Positions 50,601 to 60,640 of a stretch of DNA of 64,000 nucleotides are shown in pieces. A model generated the notes under the pieces. The model ran no database searches and was not told the DNA's origin. It saw nothing but the letters and a program-made list of their open reading frames with translations. Position 1 is the stretch's first letter, and the number at the start of each line of letters is the position of its first letter. The stretch lies in NCBI GenBank assembly GCA_024683775.1, contig GCA_024683775.1_4106.1. One strand, written 5' to 3'. The stretch is from a phage. The position numbers and the translations under genes are program-made.

Positions 50601-52565
50601 ATGGCTAAGAAAGAAAGTGCTGTTCTTCAGGAACATGATGTACAACGTCTAAACGATTATCAACATGCTCGCTTACGTACTGAGATGTATCTGGGTTCAC
50701 GTTCTGTTCACGAAAGTCAAGTACTGATCTTTGGTGAGTCTGGATATGAAGTTAAAAACGTTGAGTGGGTTCCTGCAATTCTAACTGCTACTCGTGAAAT
50801 TATCGATAACAGCTTAGATGAATTTAAAAAAGCTGGAACAAAAGAGCCAGTACTCAAAGTTGATTTCAATGAAGAAGAGTTATCCTTTGAGATCAGTGAT
50901 AATGGTCGTGGTATTCCAATTGACTATGTTCCTGAGTATCAGAAAAACCTTTGTACAATGGTAATGACTGAAACTAAAACTGGTCGTAACTTTGATGATT
51001 CGAAGCGTGATGAAACAATCGGTCAGAATGGTTTGGGTGGTTCAGTTGCAATGATTGTAAGTTCTAAAGCTGAACTTGAAATCCATCGCCAAGGTCGCCC
51101 GTATAAAACACAAAGTAGCAATGACGGATATGACGGTTTTTATAAGTTCAATCAGAAGTTCGAAGAAGGAACTATTATGTTTCCTGAACTTCATGTACAT
51201 GAACCAACTATTCGTAAGGTTCAAGCAGATAAGACTGGAACAACAATTCGCTTCACTCTGAGTTCTGAGGTATTTCCTAACCGTAAACTGCCAACCGAAT
51301 TGTTATACAGTATTTTGAAAGAAATGTCTGCTGCTAACCCTACCTATAAGATTTTCCTTAACGGTAAGCGTATTGCAATTAAAGGAACTACTGAAAAAGC
51401 ACTATTCAACGCATCTAAACTGATGCAATTGAACGTTAAAGATGAATCATTCAACTTTAACAGTACTTTCTACATTGTTCCTAATGCAGTATCGGGTATG
51501 AACACTAACTTCCATATGCATGGTTTGGTTAACAATGCCCCAGCATTTGATGGCGGTACACATCTTGATACATTCAAGAAATTCTTCTCATTAGGAGTCG
51601 GGACTGCTCTAGAGAAAGAATCAAAGAAACGCAAGATGAAACCTAACCGCTCTGATATTGAAGAAGGTCTGTTGATTTATAACGTAACAACGATGAAAGC
51701 ACCATCATTCAACTCACAGATTAAATCAAAACTAACCAACGAAAACGTTATTCGTCCAATTCAACAAGCGATGAATTCTGAATGGTTCGATGAATTAGTC
51801 AAGAAGAACAAAGAGTGGATTGATGAAATTTTTGAACGCTGTGCTGCTCGTACCAACAAGAAAGATGCAGAAGAAGATCGCCGTCTAGCTAAAAAACTAC
51901 TGAAAGGTAAAGTTGCAAAACTATTGGACAGTACAGGTACGGATCGTTCCAAATGCATCCTACTAATTGCTGAGGGTGATTCTGCTATTTCCAACATGGC
52001 GAGTGCTCGTGATCCTAAAGTTCATGGTATTCTACCATTGCGTGGTAAAATTATGAACGTCAGTGGTAATGAGAAAACCAAAGAATTAATGGATTCAATG
52101 GCATTGCATGATATAATGGCGAGTATCAACCTGATTCCTGGTGTAAAAGCGGAAAGAGCAGACCTTAACTATGGTAAGCTTTATATCTGTGCCGATGAAG
52201 ATGAGGATGGAAAGAACATTGGTGCTTTAGTATGTAACTTCCTATACAAATTCTGGCCTGAACTATTCCAAGACCCAGAGAATCCATTTGTGTATATATT
52301 CAAAACACCATTCATCATTCTAGAGAAAGGTAAGGAATCCAAGTACTACTATGGTCATGATGTACATGAATACAACCCAGATGATTGGAAAGGTTGGAAA
52401 GCAACCCGTGCGAAAGGATTGGGTACGTTAGAAAAAGCAAACTTCCGTGATGCATTCACTAACAGTGTTGCAGTAGCGATTACAGATGATGGTCGCCTTG
52501 GTGAAACTCTTGATTTGATTTTCAACAAGAAACGTGCTGATGATCGTAAGAACTGGATGGAATAA
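50601..52565 (+). CDS. DNA topoisomerase II large subunit (GyrB-like; T4 gp39+gp60 equivalent)
   Basis: 654 aa; GHKL ATPase motifs (DNGRGIP, GLGGSVA) and Toprim region (LIAEGDSA). Confidence 0.85.
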   Translation: MAKKESAVLQEHDVQRLNDYQHARLRTEMYLGSRSVHESQVLIFGESGYEVKNVEWVPAILTATREIIDNSLDEFKKAGTKEPVLKVDFNEEELSFEISDNGRGIPIDYVPEYQKNLCTMVMTETKTGRNFDDSKRDETIGQNGLGGSVAMIVSSKAELEIHRQGRPYKTQSSNDGYDGFYKFNQKFEEGTIMFPELHVHEPTIRKVQADKTGTTIRFTLSSEVFPNRKLPTELLYSILKEMSAANPTYKIFLNGKRIAIKGTTEKALFNASKLMQLNVKDESFNFNSTFYIVPNAVSGMNTNFHMHGLVNNAPAFDGGTHLDTFKKFFSLGVGTALEKESKKRKMKPNRSDIEEGLLIYNVTTMKAPSFNSQIKSKLTNENVIRPIQQAMNSEWFDELVKKNKEWIDEIFERCAARTNKKDAEEDRRLAKKLLKGKVAKLLDSTGTDRSKCILLIAEGDSAISNMASARDPKVHGILPLRGKIMNVSGNEKTKELMDSMALHDIMASINLIPGVKAERADLNYGKLYICADEDEDGKNIGALVCNFLYKFWPELFQDPENPFVYIFKTPFIILEKGKESKYYYGHDVHEYNPDDWKGWKATRAKGLGTLEKANFRDAFTNSVAVAITDDGRLGETLDLIFNKKRADDRKNWME

Positions 52566-52576
52566 TATAGATTAAT

Positions 52577-52599
52577 GGGGAACATGGTGTTCCCCTTTT
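52577..52599 (+). terminator. rho-independent terminator
   Basis: GGGGAACA-TGG-TGTTCCCC then TTTT; near-identical to the hairpin at 8897. Confidence 0.65.
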
Positions 52600-52615
52600 A
52601 CAAAGAGACAATGGA

Positions 52616-54028
52616 ATGGCTAAAAGTAAAAAAACCGAAAATCAAAGCATCGATAACCAAACACTAACTCTACTAGATTATAACAGTTCTGATTATGTGA
52701 ATACCACATCACTAGAATATTCAATGTACACACTAGACCGTGCAATCCCTGGGATTGATGGCCTTAAGAGTTCACAACGTAAAGCAATATTCACCCTCTC
52801 AAAAGTTAGTGGTGAAATCAAAACTGTATCATGTGCTGGTAAAATGATTAGTGATGGTATCTATCTACACGGTGATACATCTGCATCTGGAACTCTCCAG
52901 AACCTAGCATCACCAGTGGTAAACAACTACCCACTCATTGGTAAACGTGGTGGTTTTGGTACACAAGTAAACAGTACTCCAGCTTCTGCTCGTTATACTT
53001 ATGTTAAAAAGAATAAAAGTACTGAAATGTTAGTGCTACGTGACGCTGACATTATTCCAATGAAAGAGAACTATGATGGTACTACAATGGAACCAAGTTT
53101 CTTTTTACCTATCATCCCACTATCTTTGTTTGGTAACGATAGTATGTCAGTAGGTTATAAGAGTACAATTCTACCACATAAGATTGAAGATGTTATTGAT
53201 AACTGTATTCGTGCTATTGATAAAAAACCATTAAAAGAAATGACTCCATACTATGTTTCATGTGGTGCAAGTGATATCGTAACTAAGCTTGATGAAAACA
53301 AATATGAGTTCTATGGTAAAGCACAAGTAATTGATGCCAGTACTGTTAAAGTGACAGGTCTACCACCAAACTACAGTATTGAGAAATTCATCGAGAAACT
53401 CATTAAGATGAGCGATGATGGTGATATTCGTGATTATGATAATGATAGTACTGATGTTATTGATATCACAATCAAACTACCACGCGGTACATCTGCTAAA
53501 TGGGTGGAGAAAGATGTAATTGAATACTTTGGCATTCATAAGAAGATGACACAAATCCTAACTGTTCTAGGTGAGAATGGTAAGGTTAAAGTCTATGATA
53601 ACACAATGGATTTGATTAAGGACTTTGTTGAATTCCGTTTCAAATACTATGTGAAACGCTATGAGAAGAAACTTGATGATTGTGCTGCTGAAGTACGTTA
53701 TAAGATTCTAATCAAAGAATGTTTTGATAATGATATGATTGCTAAGGTTAAGGGTTTTGCTAACCGTTCAGAAATGGTTGAGTTTGTTAAATCATTAAAC
53801 ACTGAAATCGAAGCAACCGATGAGAATATTCAAAGCATCGTAAACTTCCCATCATATCGTTGGACCCAAGACAATTATCAATCAGTACTAGCTGATATTC
53901 AACATAACTTGGATTTAATGGATGAATATAACAATCTCCTGTCGAATCATGATTTGATTTGGAACATCTATAAAGATGAGTTGAAAGAACTACGTAAGAT
54001 TGACTTCACGCCAAAAACTGAAGATTGA
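52616..54028 (+). CDS. DNA topoisomerase II medium subunit (GyrA-like; T4 gp52-like)
   Basis: 470 aa; SMYTLDRAIPGIDGLKSSQRKAIF breakage-reunion region. Confidence 0.8.
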   Translation: MAKSKKTENQSIDNQTLTLLDYNSSDYVNTTSLEYSMYTLDRAIPGIDGLKSSQRKAIFTLSKVSGEIKTVSCAGKMISDGIYLHGDTSASGTLQNLASPVVNNYPLIGKRGGFGTQVNSTPASARYTYVKKNKSTEMLVLRDADIIPMKENYDGTTMEPSFFLPIIPLSLFGNDSMSVGYKSTILPHKIEDVIDNCIRAIDKKPLKEMTPYYVSCGASDIVTKLDENKYEFYGKAQVIDASTVKVTGLPPNYSIEKFIEKLIKMSDDGDIRDYDNDSTDVIDITIKLPRGTSAKWVEKDVIEYFGIHKKMTQILTVLGENGKVKVYDNTMDLIKDFVEFRFKYYVKRYEKKLDDCAAEVRYKILIKECFDNDMIAKVKGFANRSEMVEFVKSLNTEIEATDENIQSIVNFPSYRWTQDNYQSVLADIQHNLDLMDEYNNLLSNHDLIWNIYKDELKELRKIDFTPKTED

Positions 54029-54038
54029 TTATAAACAG

Positions 54039-54068
54039 GGAAGACCTTTATGGGTCTTCCTTGTCCTT
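54039..54068 (+). terminator. rho-independent terminator
   Basis: GGAAGACC-TTTATG-GGTCTTCC then TTGTCCTTT. Confidence 0.5.
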
Positions 54069-54070
54069 TA

Positions 54071-54080
54071 TATAAATAAT
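54071..54080 (+). promoter_or_regulatory. late-promoter-like element TATAAATAAT
   Basis: Exact TATAAATA 39 nt upstream of ATG 54117. Confidence 0.4.
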
Positions 54081-54116
54081 CTATAGATAATGGTAGCTTG
54101 GCTATGGAGAATTATA

Positions 54117-56513
54117 ATGACAACTTTTACCCCTAGATGGGATATAAAAGCCGATGCTCGATATATACAAGAAGGACAAGACATTCTTGTGCGTTTGAGT
54201 ATCAACAAAGAAACCACAACGGATGATAGTTATATACTTAATGAAAACGAATACTTAGAGATGATTCTAACTATTCAGGGTTTGGACAGTTCTGATGCAG
54301 TATTTCAACCAGAAGATCACTACGCAGTGTATGTTGGTAATGATGAATCTAATCTCACACCTATATCATCAGGTATTACTGGTAACAAGTTGATTAATGG
54401 TAAGCACAAATGTAAAATTGATAAAACTCAATTTGATCTATCGGCAAGCACTAATACCGAAGATGTTTATTTTATTAAATTGCATTGTAAAGATGATGGT
54501 ACATTTAACAACTCTGAACAGATTAACTTCTATCTTCAAGCAGTAAATGTTATGTACTATGGTAACATTTCCCCTAGTGGTGAAATTGGTTCAAATGAAG
54601 TAACAATTGAATATGATAGTCAGGAAGTGTGGGTTACTCCTGGAATCGAAATCGGTGATGATGACAAATTATATTGTATTGGTGATATTGAATACGGTTC
54701 CAACAGTACTTTATTTGTACAGGGATTTGGTCGTCGTCGTCCATTTATTTTAGGAACTGATACATCAACTGACATATCTCCTAGAGTATTTTATCCAGCG
54801 TATCGTCTACTCGATATGACCCCAGCAGAAGTTCCTGCTCGCCACATCACTGATGATTATGCAATCCTACGTCCTATTGATAATATATGGCCTGTATTTG
54901 GTATTAATAAAGAAATTAAGGTTAATATTCAAACTAGCTCTGGAGAGTTACTAGATTCAGGATTGGTTTTCAACCCAAATGGACAATTTCTGCAAACATT
55001 CCTATATGACTCTGATGCATGTGATGCATATTTCAAAGTTGAAATTGTTGATATTTTGAGTACATATAGTTATGACACTGACCGCTTCGCTATAAACCAA
55101 CGTTTCAAAGCATATCAAATGTGGGTATGTCCAGACAATGTAGATGGTATATACGCTGATGGTGATAAACCTTTACCTAATCATTTGTATCAGTTGAAAG
55201 ATAACGTTGTATATCCATATGTAATCTCTGGTGAATATGATCTAGGTGAAACAAAGCCAGTGTTTAAAAGTTCAGATTGGATTGATTTAGGATATTATGA
55301 TTCAAGCTTAGGTGAGAATATTATAGGTGAAGAGAAGATGTTCCGTGTTCTAGTGAACGCAGAAGAAGAAAACTCAATAGACTTCACAACTGATAGTGAT
55401 TTAGGTAGTATTCATGTGGGTGAATATTTCGGTCACAGTACTTATCCACAAATACAAACTACCAGTACTAATCAGGTATCTTATGTATTAGATGGTGGGC
55501 CTGATGATATTCGCAAATATGGTTTGGACCTCACCGCAGATGGGTTCTTGGTCGGAACTGCATATGCAAAAAGTTTAGATTTCAGTGCAAATGATGATAT
55601 AAAATTGGAATTCAACATCAAAGCATATGACACTGAAGGTGGTGTTGCGTCCAAGTTATTTAAACTGAAAATTGTACGTGGTTTTGGACAAAACTACTTA
55701 AGTGCACATATTGTACCTTCTGTTTATTTTGAACGTGAATGGTTTAAGTGTATTAGTACACCATCATTTACAAAACAAGCTTTCCATCGACAATCAGATG
55801 ATAGATACGGGTTACAAAAAGTACCACGTATTCTATTAAAAGAAAACTTTTTGAGTCAGAACTATACTTACACTACGTTGAGTGATATTAAAAAAGTACT
55901 TAGGGAAAATATCATAAACCAAACTGGTGCAACTATACCTGATGGAAAATTTAGAATGGTAATGGGCAACTATAAAGTAATGTCAGCACTTGACAACCAA
56001 GGTAACTTGCAGTATGATATATTATACCGTGAAGTTTTACCCGCAGGTTCATTGGTGTCGGTTTCTAAGAATCCAAGAAGTTACACGCAAATTGATAACG
56101 GAACACTCGGTGAAATATTTGGCTTGCGTCAAAATATTTTTGCAGCAATTGGCGAAGACACAACTAACCTTGTGAAAGACCCAACTGATTTACAAAACCG
56201 TGGTTTGTATGTAGATGCTATACCAGGAATTTCTGATGAGATGCTAGATACTGTTCCTCGCTTCATGAATCACCCATACGAAGAAGATGGAGTTAAAAAG
56301 AAATTCATGCCAATCATTCCAGTTGCATACTGTGCACCAGGAAAGGGTGAAGCATTCTTTAACACTTTACTTCAGAACAATGAACATGGTAAGATGGTTG
56401 GTGTTGAGTTTGAAATCACAGGAGTTGAATTTGGATTCTTTGCACATGAATTCGAAAACTACGTTCATGATACATTTTTGATTTCATTACAAAACAGCAA
56501 TTTAGGAGGATGA
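54117..56513 (+). CDS. large hypothetical late protein (probable virion/baseplate protein)
   Basis: 799 aa from ATG 54117 with GGAG RBS; late-type element upstream. Confidence 0.5.
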   Translation: MTTFTPRWDIKADARYIQEGQDILVRLSINKETTTDDSYILNENEYLEMILTIQGLDSSDAVFQPEDHYAVYVGNDESNLTPISSGITGNKLINGKHKCKIDKTQFDLSASTNTEDVYFIKLHCKDDGTFNNSEQINFYLQAVNVMYYGNISPSGEIGSNEVTIEYDSQEVWVTPGIEIGDDDKLYCIGDIEYGSNSTLFVQGFGRRRPFILGTDTSTDISPRVFYPAYRLLDMTPAEVPARHITDDYAILRPIDNIWPVFGINKEIKVNIQTSSGELLDSGLVFNPNGQFLQTFLYDSDACDAYFKVEIVDILSTYSYDTDRFAINQRFKAYQMWVCPDNVDGIYADGDKPLPNHLYQLKDNVVYPYVISGEYDLGETKPVFKSSDWIDLGYYDSSLGENIIGEEKMFRVLVNAEEENSIDFTTDSDLGSIHVGEYFGHSTYPQIQTTSTNQVSYVLDGGPDDIRKYGLDLTADGFLVGTAYAKSLDFSANDDIKLEFNIKAYDTEGGVASKLFKLKIVRGFGQNYLSAHIVPSVYFEREWFKCISTPSFTKQAFHRQSDDRYGLQKVPRILLKENFLSQNYTYTTLSDIKKVLRENIINQTGATIPDGKFRMVMGNYKVMSALDNQGNLQYDILYREVLPAGSLVSVSKNPRSYTQIDNGTLGEIFGLRQNIFAAIGEDTTNLVKDPTDLQNRGLYVDAIPGISDEMLDTVPRFMNHPYEEDGVKKKFMPIIPVAYCAPGKGEAFFNTLLQNNEHGKMVGVEFEITGVEFGFFAHEFENYVHDTFLISLQNSNLGG

Positions 56514-56514
56514 T

Positions 56515-56826
56515 ATGTTCAATCCATTTTTTGATCCATCAACCATGACCGAGAAAGAGTTACAATTGAAAATTAACGAACAATCGATGCGTATTACGTC
56601 TGCTCGTGCAGCAGGTATGAGTGATATGATTGTTGGTAACATGCAAACCGTTCTGAATCAGTGCTATGCTGAATTAGAGATTCGTCAGGGACAAAAAGAA
56701 AAAACCTCCTATGATGAGCAAGACCCATGTATATTTGACATGAACTCTTACTTAACGGATAACGAAGAGGATCAGAAGAAGAAAAATGAAAGTACAAGGA
56801 AACAGATTTATAAGTCCCAATGGTGA
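56515..56826 (+). CDS. hypothetical protein
   Basis: 103-aa ORF. Confidence 0.4.
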   Translation: MFNPFFDPSTMTEKELQLKINEQSMRITSARAAGMSDMIVGNMQTVLNQCYAELEIRQGQKEKTSYDEQDPCIFDMNSYLTDNEEDQKKKNESTRKQIYKSQW

Positions 56827-57304
56827 TGTAAAATGTAACCTTAATGCAGTCGTGTATGCAATCAACTGTGGTGCAGATATTCAGTACTTACAGCTACAGG
56901 AGATTGATGAACCGGAACGATTGAAATTTAACGATAATTGTAAAAAATTTGGTTTAGAACAGCGTATGCTGGATTATACAATAGAACATGATAAAAACCA
57001 TGAGCTATGGCGTTATGATCCAGTGTACGATAACATCAACTTGCGTGAGTACTTTTTACAGAAATGTACATCGGATGAAGCCCGTGAACGTGTAATGTAT
57101 GAGATTGATTTGTTTGAACATTACAACATGACTAAGCTTTTAAGATGTATGATCTGGTTAGTTGATTATATGGAAGAGCACAATATTTTTTGGGGTCTTG
57201 GGCGTGGTAGTTCAGTGGCTTCGTATTGTTTGTTCCTGATTGATTTGCATATGGTTGATTCTTTGAAGTATAAACTAGATGTAAATGAATTTTTGAAATG
57301 GTAG
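56786..57304 (+). CDS. DnaE-like (Pol III alpha) palm-domain fragment, N-terminal half
   Basis: WGLGRGSSVASYCLFLIDLHMVDSLKYKLDVNEFL resembles DnaE [34 protein letters not shown]; ends just before where the catalytic Asp pair would lie. Confidence 0.45.
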   Translation: MKVQGNRFISPNGDVKCNLNAVVYAINCGADIQYLQLQEIDEPERLKFNDNCKKFGLEQRMLDYTIEHDKNHELWRYDPVYDNINLREYFLQKCTSDEARERVMYEIDLFEHYNMTKLLRCMIWLVDYMEEHNIFWGLGRGSSVASYCLFLIDLHMVDSLKYKLDVNEFLKW

Positions 57305-57344
57305 AAAAACATGTGATATAATGTTGTTTGAGGCGTTATATCAC
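57293..57344 (+). promoter_or_regulatory. promoter (TTGAAA, 18-bp spacer, TGtgaTATAAT) embedded in a 9-bp inverted repeat
   Basis: -10 at 57317-57322; GTGATATAA at 57313-57321 and TTATATCAC at 57336-57344 are perfect inverted repeats. Confidence 0.45.
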
Positions 57345-57367
57345 TCACATAGAAAAAGGATTTTTAT

Positions 57368-57712
57368 ATGTCAAAACACACAACTTATCGTGGAACCACC
57401 ATTGATATGGATATGCTAAAGTATCAAAACCAGCACCAAGTAGCACTAGGTAATGCAAACCTAAATGCTCGTGGTGATAAGATTGGTTCAGGTGGTACGG
57501 TCATTAAAACCCGTGAAGAACTAATCCAAGAAAAAGAACGTGAAATGCAAATTCCTGATTTCATTCCTGAACACCAACTTCACAGTGCTGAATATAGTAC
57601 TGAAGAAGTATGGGATGATGAAAGCTTTGAAGTTCAACCACAAGAACCAGAAGTTGAAGTATCTGAAGAGAAGAAAGCTCCACGCCGAGCAAAAACTAAA
57701 GATCAGGAGTAA
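57368..57712 (+). CDS. hypothetical protein
   Basis: 114-aa ORF. Confidence 0.4.
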   Translation: MSKHTTYRGTTIDMDMLKYQNQHQVALGNANLNARGDKIGSGGTVIKTREELIQEKEREMQIPDFIPEHQLHSAEYSTEEVWDDESFEVQPQEPEVEVSEEKKAPRRAKTKDQE

Positions 57713-57715
57713 TTC

Positions 57716-58042
57716 ATGACCAATAAAGTAATGACAGCTTGTAAAGGTAAAGTTATTGTAACTGAACTAGAACATGGTGAGCGTAAAACCGCAGGTGGTA
57801 TTGTACTGACAAGTGATGATGGTAAGATACGTGGTATTCGTTGTCGTTGGGCTAAAGTATATTCTGTTGGTGAAGACATTACCGATATCAAAGAAGGACA
57901 ATGGATTCTAATTGACCACGGTCGTTGGTCGAGAACTATTGAGATTGATGGTATTAAAATGAATCTCGTTGATTATCCAGCAGCAGTAAGTTTGGTATCT
58001 GACACTGATCCACGCATCTCTGCTCAAACATTTGGTCGTTAA
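57716..58042 (+). CDS. GroES-like co-chaperonin (Cpn10 family)
   Basis: GKVIVTELEHGERKTAGGIVLTSDDGK closely parallels GroES [27 protein letters not shown]. Confidence 0.7.
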   Translation: MTNKVMTACKGKVIVTELEHGERKTAGGIVLTSDDGKIRGIRCRWAKVYSVGEDITDIKEGQWILIDHGRWSRTIEIDGIKMNLVDYPAAVSLVSDTDPRISAQTFGR

Positions 58043-58053
58043 AACATAAATCT

Positions 58054-58086
58054 AAAGCTCGGATATATTATCTGGGCTTTTTATTT
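58054..58086 (+). terminator. rho-independent terminator
   Basis: AGCTCGGAT-ATATT-ATCTGGGCT (with G-U pairs) then TTTTTATTT. Confidence 0.5.
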
Positions 58087-58098
58087 GGATGAAAATAC

Positions 58099-58368
58099 AT
58101 GATAACTGATGATGGAAAATATAGTTTTTCTGACGTTACGTTAGTTTCTAAAAATGGACGATTTATGTTTGAAGATAGAACTAACACGAAGTACGTATAT
58201 GAAGTTTCTCATGATATGTTTAAGTACTTACTTATCGTATCAGCCCAGGCCGAAGCAATGGGTGTGAAGAACAAAGCAAACTCATTTAATTTTTTGTTTA
58301 ATCAACTTGAAATGACAGAAGACTTATTCACTGCATTGTTGTATGATTATGCAGATTGGATTTCATAA
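58099..58368 (+). CDS. hypothetical protein
   Basis: 89-aa ORF. Confidence 0.4.
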   Translation: MITDDGKYSFSDVTLVSKNGRFMFEDRTNTKYVYEVSHDMFKYLLIVSAQAEAMGVKNKANSFNFLFNQLEMTEDLFTALLYDYADWIS

Positions 58369-58394
58369 ACACCTAATATACAAGGAAATAAAAC

Positions 58395-59348
58395 ATGACT
58401 ACATTATGGACTGAAAAATACCGCCCACAAACTATGGAAGATTATGTATCTAAGAACGAAGCCCTACGTCAGAAGATGGAAGAATGGATTCGTACTGGTG
58501 ATATCCCACATATTGGATTTTTTGGACCAGCAGGGACAGGTAAAACTTCAGCAATCAAAGTACTACTGAATGGTCTGGAAGCTAACGGACACCTTGACCC
58601 TAGTGATGTAACAACACTGAATATGTCAGATGAAGGTATCGATGCTGTTCGTGACAAAATTGATGCAGCAGCAAAACTATCATGTTTTGGTCGTTATCGT
58701 GTATTTGTTCTGGAAGAAATGGAACAAATGAACCACAAAGCACAGGGTAGCTTGAAACGTGTCATGGAAGATTACCATGAAAATGCTCGTTTCATTCTTA
58801 CCAGTAATGAACCACATAAGATTCAGAAACCTATTATCTCTCGTGTTCAGGTCATCACCATTGAGAAGCATGATATGGAACAATTCATGTCACGCATCTA
58901 CAACGTACTATTGGCAGAAGGAGTAGATCTAAGTACTGATGAAAGTATTGAACAAGTACAAAAATACATCAATGTTTCATATCCTGATTTCCGCAAAACG
59001 CTAAACGTATTGCAAAGTTCAGTAGTCGATGGTAAACTTGTAAAGCTTGAAGACAGTATTGAGAACTCTGCTGGGTATCGTACTGCCATTATTGATGCAC
59101 TAAAAGCTGGTAACATTCGTCAAATGCGTGAGCAGATCGTGCAAAACATTCCTGATGATGAGATGGATGCATTCTTCTCTTATCTGTATCGTAATGCAGA
59201 AATGTTCAGTACTGATGAAATTACTCTAATGAAAATTAAGGTTAAGATTCGTGACGCTGTTGTTAAACAAGCTACCGTGTCTGACCGTGAAATGAATCTC
59301 AGTGCATTACTGTGTGAGATTGACCTAATCTGTTCGGGGAACATGTAA
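58395..59348 (+). CDS. clamp-loader ATPase (RFC-like; T4 gp44-like)
   Basis: EKYRPQTMEDYV, Walker A FFGPAGTGKTS, LTSNEPHKI sensor region. Confidence 0.85.
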   Translation: MTTLWTEKYRPQTMEDYVSKNEALRQKMEEWIRTGDIPHIGFFGPAGTGKTSAIKVLLNGLEANGHLDPSDVTTLNMSDEGIDAVRDKIDAAAKLSCFGRYRVFVLEEMEQMNHKAQGSLKRVMEDYHENARFILTSNEPHKIQKPIISRVQVITIEKHDMEQFMSRIYNVLLAEGVDLSTDESIEQVQKYINVSYPDFRKTLNVLQSSVVDGKLVKLEDSIENSAGYRTAIIDALKAGNIRQMREQIVQNIPDDEMDAFFSYLYRNAEMFSTDEITLMKIKVKIRDAVVKQATVSDREMNLSALLCEIDLICSGNM

Positions 59349-59974
59349 TGAAAGACCGTTGTATTGTATTCGACTGTGATGAAGTACTACTAGATCACAT
59401 TGGTTCATTAGGAGAATACGCAAAACTCCAATATGATATCAACCCAACAACACCATACCCACTCGCATACGATTTATCTGAATGGTTTGGTGTTTCACGA
59501 GAAAAAGTTCAAGAGATCATTACTGAATTCAATCAACGTTCGTATATGTTTGGATTACTAAAACCTGTAGAAACTAACACTGTAAGTATTATGCATGAAC
59601 TGCGTGATCGTTTTTACAAGGAAAAATTCATAGTACTGACTAAGTGTGGTAAGAAAGGTTATAGCGAGGTACTTCGCAATACTAATCTTATGCATGTATT
59701 TGGTGAGACATGTTTTGATGAAATCATCATTGTTGAAATGAATGAATCTAAGCATGAAGCATTAGTAGAATTAAAAGAACGATATGACGTAAAACTGATG
59801 ATTGATGATTATATCAATAATATTGAAACATCAATGGAATTGGGTATCCCATCAGTTATGATGCGAGCGTCCCACAATCATATGTATAAAAATGGTTATG
59901 GGTATGACTATGTTAACAACTGGGATGAACTACGTTTAAAAATCTATTCAGTACTGTCGAAATATTACCAATAA
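59348..59974 (+). CDS. HAD-superfamily 5'(3')-deoxyribonucleotidase-like protein
   Basis: N-terminal IVFDCDEVLLD (DxDxV motif) and MIDDYINN. Confidence 0.55.
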   Translation: MKDRCIVFDCDEVLLDHIGSLGEYAKLQYDINPTTPYPLAYDLSEWFGVSREKVQEIITEFNQRSYMFGLLKPVETNTVSIMHELRDRFYKEKFIVLTKCGKKGYSEVLRNTNLMHVFGETCFDEIIIVEMNESKHEALVELKERYDVKLMIDDYINNIETSMELGIPSVMMRASHNHMYKNGYGYDYVNNWDELRLKIYSVLSKYYQ

Positions 59975-59989
59975 TATAGTAAAAACAAT

Positions 59990-60014
59990 GGGGATTATTT
60001 AATCCCCTTTTATT
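59990..60014 (+). terminator. rho-independent terminator
   Basis: GGGGATT-ATTT-AATCCCC then TTTTATT. Confidence 0.55.
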
Positions 60015-60073
60015 GTTTTTTAAAAGTAGTAAATAGTATTATATGTGCTAGTTTTTTAAGGATAATATAAAAC

Positions 60074-60640
60074 ATGGATGATTTAGATTATACAGATAAT
60101 GCAGTCCAGCAGTTGTATGATAACAGCGGTATGCTAGATATACTTCTGGCTGTTGAAAAATATTTTGATGATAATGATTTGTACGCATATCATGGTATCA
60201 TCGAAGGTGAACTCGTTGAAGGTCCGATTGTTAGTAAGTACTGGTGTACTGTGACATTCAAATACTATCGTGAGAATTTCCCTGATCCTACTGCATTCTC
60301 AATTCTTGAGAAGCACGGGACTAAGGTATATGTGAAAGCAGATTATGAAATTACACCTATTCAAGATCCTAACCGTCAGGCTGATATGAAGAGTGTGGCA
60401 ACGCAATCTGGTTCTGTTCGTATTCCAAAAAATGAACGAATTCCAGTTCTATTGGTTCGTGTACAAATTCCTAGAAACCTAATCAACCCTGAAAGTTTTG
60501 ATGAATACAAACTAATGGCTTCCGAGTTCAATAGTAATCCTATGAATGCACAAGAACCATCAGATGAGCCAATTACTGGTGAAGATGTTGATTTAGATGT
60601 AGAAGTATCTGATGATGTACAACAAGGTGGTATGCAATGA
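60074..60640 (+). CDS. hypothetical protein
   Basis: 188-aa ORF. Confidence 0.45.
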   Translation: MDDLDYTDNAVQQLYDNSGMLDILLAVEKYFDDNDLYAYHGIIEGELVEGPIVSKYWCTVTFKYYRENFPDPTAFSILEKHGTKVYVKADYEITPIQDPNRQADMKSVATQSGSVRIPKNERIPVLLVRVQIPRNLINPESFDEYKLMASEFNSNPMNAQEPSDEPITGEDVDLDVEVSDDVQQGGMQ

